Source: Octopus bimaculoides (Eukaryota). Taken from it: DNA of 64,000 nt. A program made the translations under genes and the position numbers. A model generated the notes under the pieces. That model did no database searches. It was not told where the DNA came from and saw only the letters and a program-made list of their open reading frames with translations. The stretch spans positions 19,446,252 through 19,510,251 of the forward strand of contig NC_068998.1 of the NCBI RefSeq assembly GCF_001194135.2. Direction: 5' to 3'. Positions 61,149 through 64,000 of the stretch are shown in pieces (positions within the stretch are counted from its first letter, which is position 1; each line of letters begins with the position of its first letter).

Positions 61149-63516
61149 GATAGGCTCCTTTCAGTTTCTGTCTATATAATTCACTCACAAGTAGTAGACA
61201 CTTGCTCAAGGTACCATGCAGTGGGACTGAACCTGGAACCATGAAGGTGGGAAGCAAGCTTCTTACCACATAGCCATACCTGCATCTAGTATATATAGTA
61301 AACTGGGATTTTATTAACAGAAATTGGTGCAAAAGTTGATGAACTACAAAGCAAAATGAATAAGAAAAAGATACACCTTATCAAATCATGGAAACTAACA
61401 AAAGATTTTAACCAACAAAACTTCTTGCAACTTGACCAACTGTCAACAGACACAAAACCAATCATAAACACTTCAGAACACACAACAACAACGACACCAT
61501 ATTTTCTAGCATACAAATGAAATTTTTCAGACCAAAATTTACAGCCAAAATGGCAGGTCAACTCATACACCAAGAGAAGTTTGGAAAATCAAAAATTCCA
61601 TGTGGAATACAGGAGGAGAAATCTAGTGATGATGCTTGAATGTTTTGAACAGGCACTCCATTGATTGCAATGATGAGGGTTCCATTTGATCCGATCAACA
61701 GAATAGCTTGCTTGTCATATTACTGTGAAATTGGCTGAGCACTCCACAGAGGATGTGACAAATCTGGTCCTTTGAAATAAAGGCACAAATTATTTTTGCC
61801 AGCTGAGTGGACTGGAGCAACATGAAATAAAGTGTCTTACTCAAGGACACAATGTACTGCCAGGAATTGAACTCATGACTTTATAATCATGAGCAGAATA
61901 CATTAACCACTAAGCCACATGCCTTCAATGATTATACTGTATACTATGTCAATTTGTATGCTGGAAAATATAGTATATACATTAACAACAACAAAATGTC
62001 CCTTTCAGGCTTAGGGGTCTTAGCTGAAATTTATTGTCATTACAAACATGTTAGAAAACTTAATGCTTTTTATTATAGTAAAAACAAGTGTTTATGTTCA
62101 ACTGATTGGTTTCATAAGAAAAATAAACTAAAAAAAAAAATTAATAAAAAATAGTCTAAGGAAACTAATGATGTTAGCAAAGCAAACATAGTGAAATTTG
62201 TAAAATAAAAATATATTCACAAAAGGACTTGCCCAAAATTTCAGAACCCCACATCATCACCTCATAATTTTACTTTATGAATTTTATCAGTTATAACTAT
62301 GAGAAAAATCTTTAGAATATTGTCAAATTTTAAATCAGGCAAGAAGCAGGCTTCATGAGACATGGCTCATCATCTGGTAGTCAATACTATAAAAAATATT
62401 GAAGGTTCCATAGGCTGTAGATTGGCTATGACTGTTCTAAATAATAATATAATGAATGATAACAATCTTCTCTTCTTATATAATTTCAGTACCATAAGAT
62501 AATAAAACACTAATCTATCATACAGTATACTTCCTGTTTACAGGTATGATAATTTCAGTCAGGATAACTGTCTTCTTTTCACCACTGGATACAGTTGCAG
62601 ACTCTCCAGCACTAGCGTAGCTAGAGTGTGTGCCACCTAGGGCGGCCCTTCCGTTTTCTGCCCCTGGACCCCACAAAAAACACATATTGCTTACAGTAGA
62701 CCCTTTAAAAGTGTTACCCAGGGTGGACCCAGCCCCAGCTACCCGAGTGCTCTCCAGGCAACATTAGCAACTTTGTTCGCATTAATTATCAATTAGTAAC
62801 ATTAGTAACATTTGCATTAATTATCAATTTAATTGCTTTTTGTAAGTGTTCCGAATAATAGATTTAAGAAACAATTCCTACCCGATTGGCTCCTATCAAC
62901 TATAAAAGACAGTTTATAAAACACAATTTAATTTTAAGAGGCCCTTTGTCTTTTAACTTTTATCATATACCTTTCACTTGCTTCAGTTACTGGACTGTGG
63001 CCATGCTGGGACACTACCTTGAAGGGTTTAGCTGAACAGATCTACCCCAGTAGTTATACTACTGGTTTCTTTTGCTGAACTGTTAGGTTATGGGGACATA
63101 AACAAACCAACACTGGTTATCAAACAGTGGTGGGAGCCAAACACACACACCCACCCACAATGGGCTTCCATCAGTTTCTGTCTACCAAATTTTGGCTTAG
63201 GTCAACTCAAAGCTATACTAGAAGACATTTTCACAAGGTGGCACAGAATGGGACTGAACCCAAATCACATGGCTGGGAAGCAAGCCTCTTACCACACAGC
63301 CACACCAGTACCTAAAAACCTTGTTTCCATGTAGCATTTATGGCCCTTCATTTATTATTGTCAATTCAAGGTGATTTAGAACATGAAAGGAATATTTATG
63401 AGAACTTACCATCTGGAGTAACTAGACTGGAGGGGAACATCTGGTCGATATTTGCGATACAATGCAGAAATTGACATTCGTTCAAATGATTCCAGCAATT
63501 CCAGGATATCATCATA
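251..63516 (-). CDS. VPS13: VPS13A/C-family lipid transfer protein, partial gene (41 exons w1-w41, about 1,768 codons; both ends outside the window)
   Basis: Exons joined by AG/GT (one GC) sites give one uninterrupted frame, 5,306 nt in total. Recognisable VPS13 motifs: [84 protein letters not shown]. Confidence 0.96.
1110..1271 (-). CDS. VPS13: VPS13 exon w40 (162 nt)
   Basis: cag/gtaag; [54 protein letters not shown]. Confidence 0.94.
1388..1650 (+). mobile_element. Non-autonomous RTE-like derivative (5' structured leader fused to a 3' end), copy 1
   Basis: Aligns by eye over about 250 bp with 35677-35960 (gagagctatgccagtggagtg..agctc; cacctcttccaagagataaaaat; aagaacagtggaga). Confidence 0.55.
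2175..2556 (-). mobile_element. Full-length tRNA-derived SINE (resembles octopus tRNA-Arg-derived OR families)
   Basis: Minus-strand head gcgcaatggcccagtggttgaggcagcggactcgcagtc with A/B boxes; 18-bp TSD attctaaaacagagcaat at 2157-2174 and 2557-2574. Confidence 0.88.
2808..2954 (-). CDS. VPS13: VPS13 exon w39 (147 nt; GC donor)
   Basis: tag/GCAAGT; [49 protein letters not shown]. Confidence 0.85.
3370..4255. repeat. Two compound (AC/AT/ATAC/AG) microsatellite tracts
   Basis: Directly visible simple repeats at about 3370-3720 and 3855-4255. Confidence 0.95.
4341..4463 (-). CDS. VPS13: VPS13 exon w38 (123 nt; start of VAB region)
   Basis: cag/gtaag; [41 protein letters not shown]. Confidence 0.94.
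4693..5923 (+). mobile_element. TTAA-flanked piggyBac-like MITE interrupted by a hAT-like MITE (4890-5888), itself holding a SINE (about 5045-5245) and an RTE tail (about 5272-5760)
   Basis: Host halves match the intact copy at 16009-16233. Inner TIRs cagtggctctcaa / ttgagaacaattg; degenerate 8-bp TSD tattagaa / cattagac. Confidence 0.75.
5983..6132 (-). CDS. VPS13: VPS13 exon w37 (150 nt)
   Basis: cag/gtaaa; [50 protein letters not shown]. Confidence 0.95.
6752..6985 (-). mobile_element. Young RTE-tail element ((GAT)n tail)
   Basis: catcatcgtttaacgtccgctttccatgctagcatgggttggacg... is near-identical to the start of the 59541 copy. Confidence 0.8.
7837..7962 (-). CDS. VPS13: VPS13 exon w36 (126 nt)
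   Basis: cag/gttag; [42 protein letters not shown]. Confidence 0.95.
8609..8728 (-). CDS. VPS13: VPS13 exon w35 (120 nt)
   Basis: cag/gtaaa; [40 protein letters not shown]. Confidence 0.95.
8950..9595 (-). mobile_element. RTE-clade LINE 3' ORF relic
   Basis: Decayed frame [32 protein letters not shown]...YYGHVVRM...[12 protein letters not shown]. Confidence 0.8.
9635..10150 (+). mobile_element. RTE-clade LINE 3' ORF and UTR relic
   Basis: Decayed frame [31 protein letters not shown]...[13 protein letters not shown]...[12 protein letters not shown], followed by the RTE-type UTR. Confidence 0.8.
10401..10471 (-). CDS. VPS13: VPS13 exon w34 (71 nt)
   Basis: cag/gtaag; (D)[23 protein letters not shown]; bridges the phases of w33 and w35. 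Confidence 0.88.
11302..11395 (-). CDS. VPS13: VPS13 exon w33 (94 nt)
   Basis: cag/gttag; [31 protein letters not shown]. Confidence 0.92.
11523..12952 (+). mobile_element. Non-autonomous Helitron carrying the C-terminal codons of the Pif1-like helicase (spans an N gap)
   Basis: A|TCTATATATATAAA 5' end; 3' hairpin acccgg-gcaacg-ccgggt then CTAG|T; after the gap [33 protein letters not shown] (12640-12741). Confidence 0.85.
11907..12639. other. Assembly gap (733 N); other gaps at 8222-8231, 14012-14021 and 23992-24113
   Basis: Runs of N. Confidence 0.99.
13556..14135 (+). mobile_element. Tc1-like transposon fragment (internally deleted)
   Basis: Decayed frame [12 protein letters not shown]...[15 protein letters not shown]...KRLEW...[14 protein letters not shown]; ends in a Tc1-type TIR ...tacaacacctg followed by TA. 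Confidence 0.85.
14358..14510 (-). CDS. VPS13: VPS13 exon w32 (153 nt)
   Basis: tag/gtgag; [51 protein letters not shown]. Confidence 0.94.
14640..14945 (-). mobile_element. Older tRNA-derived SINE sharing the 3' body of the 2175 family
   Basis: gagcactccacagacacgtgtacccttaacgtagttc body; diverged tRNA head near 14940. Confidence 0.7.
15170..15553 (-). mobile_element. Full-length tRNA-derived SINE (same family as 2175-2556)
   Basis: Intact head and body; TSD gttagagat at 15161-15169 and 15554-15562. Confidence 0.88.
16009..16233 (+). mobile_element. About 225-bp piggyBac-like MITE, intact copy
   Basis: TTAA-CCCTTTAG..ATT ... AATGCTAAAGGG-TTAA termini; about 10 related copies in the window. 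Confidence 0.8.
16550..16663 (-). CDS. VPS13: VPS13 exon w31 (114 nt)
   Basis: cag/gtgaa; [38 protein letters not shown]; follows a 106-nt intron. Confidence 0.92.
16770..16903 (-). CDS. VPS13: VPS13 exon w30 (134 nt)
   Basis: tag/gtaag; (T)[44 protein letters not shown]. Confidence 0.93.
17943..18507 (-). mobile_element. piggyBac-like MITE with nested hAT-like MITE (18129-18457)
   Basis: Outer TTAA/CCCTTTAG termini; inner cagtggttctcaa...ttgagaacccc; 8-bp TSD agatagaa / tgatagaa. Confidence 0.78.
18663..18806 (-). CDS. VPS13: VPS13 exon w29 (144 nt)
   Basis: cag/gtaag; (V)[47 protein letters not shown]. Confidence 0.93.
20671..21915 (-). mobile_element. Full-length (1,245 bp) mariner with decayed transposase
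   Basis: About 30-bp TIRs (tatcaggtcattaagaatgaaatgtc / gacatttcattcttaatgattcgata) with TA TSDs; frameshifted MDRSKIC...[31 protein letters not shown]. Confidence 0.93.
21944..22038 (-). CDS. VPS13: VPS13 exon w28 (95 nt)
   Basis: cag/gtgag; (R)[31 protein letters not shown]. Confidence 0.93.
22785..22975 (-). mobile_element. RTE reverse-transcriptase fragment
   Basis: ...[34 protein letters not shown] (QG motif region). Confidence 0.7.
23145..23323 (-). CDS. VPS13: VPS13 exon w27 (179 nt)
   Basis: cag/gtatg; [59 protein letters not shown]. Confidence 0.94.
23666..23991 (+). mobile_element. tRNA-derived SINE (family of 2175/15170), 3' end lost in an N gap
   Basis: ggaggcgcaatggcccagtggttagggcagcggactcgcggtc head; body near-identical to the reverse complement of 15170-15553. 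Confidence 0.88.
24114..25137. mobile_element. Cluster of SINEs: second family (ggc...gagctggcagaa) at 24114-24205 (-), 24225-24440 (+), 24938-25137 (+); tRNA-SINE at about 24470-24790 (+)
   Basis: Shared motifs ctgagttcaaat, catcctttcggggtc, aagtaccag, ggccttgtgccaaa; separated by (TTA)n runs. Confidence 0.75.
25662..25813 (-). CDS. VPS13: VPS13 exon w26 (152 nt)
   Basis: tag/gtatg; (A)[50 protein letters not shown]. Confidence 0.92.
26511..26890. repeat. About 380-bp imperfect inverted repeat (foldback), centre 26703
   Basis: Arms of about 190 nt are reverse complements; perfect core tttgtctttctc-t-gagaaagacaaa. The ORF track shows near-identical peptides on both strands (YMFGLH.SFII). 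Confidence 0.9.
28227..28344 (-). CDS. VPS13: VPS13 exon w25 (118 nt)
   Basis: cag/gtaaa; [39 protein letters not shown]. Confidence 0.93.
28694..29150. mobile_element. Inverted pair of second-family SINEs (28694-28885 +; 28991-29150 -)
   Basis: Same family motifs in opposite orientation, about 100 nt apart. Confidence 0.8.
29291..29441 (-). CDS. VPS13: VPS13 exon w24 (151 nt)
   Basis: cag/gtaag; (R)[50 protein letters not shown]. Confidence 0.94.
30643..30950 (-). CDS. VPS13: VPS13 exon w23 (308 nt)
   Basis: cag/gtttg; [19 protein letters not shown]...[31 protein letters not shown]...[14 protein letters not shown]. Confidence 0.95.
31309..31502. repeat. About 190-bp near-perfect hairpin (palindromic MITE-like), 5-nt loop at 31404-31408
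   Basis: Left arm gtctaaggggttacccagtgtttcatgtccataaag pairs with right arm ctttatggacgtgaaaccctgggtaaccccttagac. Confidence 0.92.
31867..32093 (-). mobile_element. piggyBac-like MITE copy (partial further copy at about 32105-32235)
   Basis: TTAA-CCCTTT ... GCTAAAGAG-TTAA; body matches the 16009 family. Confidence 0.75.
32368..32535 (-). CDS. VPS13: VPS13 exon w22 (168 nt)
   Basis: cag/gtaag; [56 protein letters not shown]. Confidence 0.94.
32606..33800 (-). mobile_element. Mariner relic, second family
   Basis: ATG at 33706, [16 protein letters not shown]; WIPHELK; [44 protein letters not shown]. One TIR (ttggattagcaagaaagtaatttcgg) is clear; the other was not found. Confidence 0.9.
34134..34687 (+). 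mobile_element. RTE LINE, RT fragment fused to the 3' UTR and (GAT)n tail
   Basis: [47 protein letters not shown]...[12 protein letters not shown]. Confidence 0.9.
34941..35044 (-). CDS. VPS13: VPS13 exon w21 (104 nt)
   Basis: cag/gtatg; (G)[34 protein letters not shown]. Confidence 0.93.
35677..35960 (+). mobile_element. Non-autonomous RTE-like derivative, copy 2
   Basis: Homologous to 1388-1650. Confidence 0.55.
36364..36480 (-). CDS. VPS13: VPS13 exon w20 (117 nt)
   Basis: cag/gtatg; (K)[38 protein letters not shown]. Confidence 0.92.
37716..37943 (-). mobile_element. piggyBac-like MITE copy
   Basis: TTAA-CCCTCAAGCATT ... AATGTGAAAGGG-TTAA. Confidence 0.75.
38484..38708 (+). mobile_element. 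Second TTAA-flanked MITE family (related copies near 17025-17230 and 60170-60285)
   Basis: TTAA-CCCTTTC ... AAAGGG-TTAA; shared ttatgttccaaacacc and aaattcttcatt motifs. Confidence 0.65.
38779..39073 (-). CDS. VPS13: VPS13 exon w19 (295 nt)
   Basis: cag/gtaag; [45 protein letters not shown]...KKPVAK. Confidence 0.94.
39318..39406 (-). CDS. VPS13: VPS13 exon w18 (89 nt)
   Basis: cag/gtatg; (S)[29 protein letters not shown]. Confidence 0.93.
41611..41767 (-). CDS. VPS13: VPS13 exon w17 (157 nt)
   Basis: cag/gtaag; [52 protein letters not shown]. Confidence 0.93.
41864..41956 (-). CDS. VPS13: VPS13 exon w16 (93 nt)
   Basis: tag/gtaaa; [31 protein letters not shown]. Confidence 0.9.
41999..42534 (-). 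mobile_element. piggyBac-like MITE interrupted by an RTE-tail element (about 42190-42505)
   Basis: Host halves join at agaatattt | tatgactggtttaaatgctaaagggttaa; the insert ends in (GAT)n. Confidence 0.75.
43426..43479 (-). CDS. VPS13: VPS13 exon w15 (54 nt, symmetric, low complexity)
   Basis: Strong pyrimidine tract, cag/gtgag, open phase 0-0; [18 protein letters not shown]. Supported by splice signals rather than by homology. Confidence 0.75.
44433..44568 (-). CDS. VPS13: VPS13 exon w14 (136 nt)
   Basis: tag/gtgag; (K)[45 protein letters not shown]. Confidence 0.94.
44861..45070 (+). mobile_element. Penelope-like element RT C-terminal fragment
   Basis: Frameshifted [11 protein letters not shown] / KLAFLNVLI...[24 protein letters not shown] / [10 protein letters not shown] matches the PLE pattern IKFT.E.E....LPFLD...YRKPT...YL.F.S.HP. 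Confidence 0.8.
45779..45896 (-). CDS. VPS13: VPS13 exon w13 (118 nt)
   Basis: aag/gtaag; (G)[38 protein letters not shown]. Confidence 0.92.
46090..46808 (-). mobile_element. Mariner relic, third family (5' half)
   Basis: Decayed [22 protein letters not shown]; [23 protein letters not shown]; KFVPK; [11 protein letters not shown]; TIR-like end running into the (TG)n tract at 46806. Confidence 0.8.
47015..47099 (-). CDS. VPS13: VPS13 exon w12 (85 nt)
   Basis: tag/gtaaa; [28 protein letters not shown]. Confidence 0.93.
47551..48467 (+). mobile_element. Mariner, fourth family, both TIRs, internally deleted (about 915 bp)
   Basis: TIRs ..gtatcaaaaagttccggactag / ctagtctgagagccttttgatc..; [24 protein letters not shown]; later [12 protein letters not shown]. 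Confidence 0.88.
49144..49225 (-). CDS. VPS13: VPS13 exon w11 (82 nt)
   Basis: tag/gtaat; (K)[27 protein letters not shown]. Confidence 0.92.
49665..50395 (-). mobile_element. Three tandem second-family SINEs separated by (AAT)n tracts
   Basis: Copies at about 49670-49885, 49960-50158 and 50188-50395; (AAT)n at about 49885-49945. Confidence 0.8.
50717..50869 (-). CDS. VPS13: VPS13 exon w10 (153 nt)
   Basis: cag/gtaat; (Q)[50 protein letters not shown]. Confidence 0.94.
51573..51631 (-). CDS. VPS13: VPS13 exon w9 (59 nt)
   Basis: tag/gttag; [19 protein letters not shown]. Confidence 0.92.
52508..53175 (-). mobile_element. piggyBac-like MITE interrupted by an RTE-tail element (about 52612-53087)
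   Basis: Host split at gatgtga | tt..ttatttattttcagaatgac; the insert ends gttaaatgatgatga. Confidence 0.7.
52665..52924. repeat. Minisatellite, 10 x 26 bp (gtacccatgccagtgatatgtaacag) with 78-bp higher-order period
   Basis: Units start at 52665 and every 26 nt; variant order A B C A' B C D A B C'. Confidence 0.92.
53928..54126 (-). CDS. VPS13: VPS13 exon w8 (199 nt)
   Basis: cag/gtaag; (L)[21 protein letters not shown]...[26 protein letters not shown]. Confidence 0.94.
55789..55866 (-). CDS. VPS13: VPS13 exon w7 (78 nt)
   Basis: cag/gtaag; (N)[25 protein letters not shown]. Confidence 0.92.
56042..56109 (-). CDS. VPS13: VPS13 exon w6 (68 nt)
   Basis: cag/gtaag; [22 protein letters not shown]; supplies the phase needed by w7. 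Confidence 0.9.
56205..56316. repeat. (CT)n(CA)n followed by about 4 x 18-bp unit acacgcacatgcatacac
   Basis: Directly visible; gives the TRTCIH repeat in the ORF track. Confidence 0.85.
56702..56802 (-). CDS. VPS13: VPS13 exon w5 (101 nt)
   Basis: tag/gtaat; (Q)[33 protein letters not shown]. Confidence 0.93.
58060..58250 (+). mobile_element. RTE-type 3' terminal relic with (GGAT)n tail
   Basis: [12 protein letters not shown]...DRTLWRKCL-like coding, then gatggatggatgga. Confidence 0.55.
58730..58838 (-). CDS. VPS13: VPS13 exon w4 (109 nt)
   Basis: aag/gtaag; [36 protein letters not shown]. Confidence 0.92.
58960..59183 (-). mobile_element. piggyBac-like MITE, intact copy
   Basis: TTAA-CCCTTTAGCATT ... 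AATGCTAAAGGG-TTAA. Confidence 0.82.
59297..59359 (-). CDS. VPS13: VPS13 exon w3 (63 nt)
   Basis: cag/gtagg; [21 protein letters not shown]. Confidence 0.92.
59541..59920 (-). mobile_element. Young RTE-tail element with internal subrepeats of about 65-70 bp
   Basis: Same start as the 6752 copy; the unit (ac)gtgccac..gcac...tggcaacg recurs 3-4 times. Confidence 0.78.
60343..60514 (-). CDS. VPS13: VPS13 exon w2 (172 nt)
   Basis: cag/gttag; (W)[57 protein letters not shown]. Confidence 0.92.
60770..61285 (-). mobile_element. Third SINE family copy with internal expanded (AC/AT) minisatellite (about 60960-61150); relatives at about 17365-17720, 19210-19390 and 62980-63310
   Basis: tRNA-like head gcaggtatggctatgtggtaagaagcttgcttccc on the minus strand; unit acacacacatatagatatattctat repeated about 6 times. 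Confidence 0.7.
62610..62749. mobile_element. 140-bp hAT-like MITE
   Basis: TIRs cactagcgtagct / agctacccgagtg; perfect 8-bp TSD ctctccag at 62602-62609 and 62750-62757. Confidence 0.8.
63410..63516 (-). CDS. VPS13: VPS13 exon w1 (107 nt)
   Basis: cag/gtaag; [35 protein letters not shown] + TG. Confidence 0.93.
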
Positions 63517-63684
63517 CTGAAATGCAGAAACAAAATTTATTTCAAATGACAATACTGCTTCTCTTTATCTTTTGTTTCAGTCATTGGACTGCAGTAATGC
63601 TGGGACACAGCTTTCAAGCATTTTGTTGGATAAATTGACCTTGATATTTTTATTTATAAGTCTGGTATGTATTTTAACAGTCTC

Positions 63685-64000
63685 TATATATATACATACA
63701 TTTATATATATATATATATATACATACATACATATATATATACATACATACATACATATACATACATACATACATATATATATATATATACACATACATA
63801 CATATATATACATACATACATACATACATATATATACATACATACATATATATACATACATACATATATATATATACATACATACATATATATACATACA
63901 TACATATATATACATACATACATACATATATATACATACATACATATATATACATACATACATATATATATATACATACATACATATATATATACATACA
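63685..64000. repeat. (ATAC)n/(AT)n microsatellite running to the window end
   Basis: Directly visible. Confidence 0.95.

Overview
AT-rich eukaryotic (animal) genomic DNA. The repeat families (tRNA-headed SINEs, RTE tails ending in (GAT)n, long AT/AC microsatellites) point to a coleoid cephalopod, most likely Octopus; this is an inference. The whole window is the interior of one minus-strand gene, a VPS13A/C-family bridge-like lipid transfer protein. I traced 41 consecutive exons by hand (w1 at 63516 down to w41 at 251). They total 5,306 coding nt (about 1,768 codons), keep one open frame with every splice phase matching, and run from the N-terminal RBG region to the first VAB repeats. Start and stop codons lie outside the window. 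One intron appears to use a GC donor. The introns hold four distinct mariner relics, a Tc1 fragment, a Helitron with a helicase tail, RTE and Penelope RT fragments, three SINE families, piggyBac-like and hAT MITEs (often nested), two long foldback hairpins, mini/microsatellites and four N gaps. There are no prokaryotic features, CRISPR arrays, rRNA or true tRNA genes. I did not find a convincingly new biological system. The best leads are: dsRNA-forming intronic structures around the central exons (ADAR or back-splicing candidates); a conserved multi-helix RNA motif in two non-autonomous RTE derivatives (candidate ribozyme or cis-RNA); and the apparent absence of the FFAT motif from its usual VPS13 linker.
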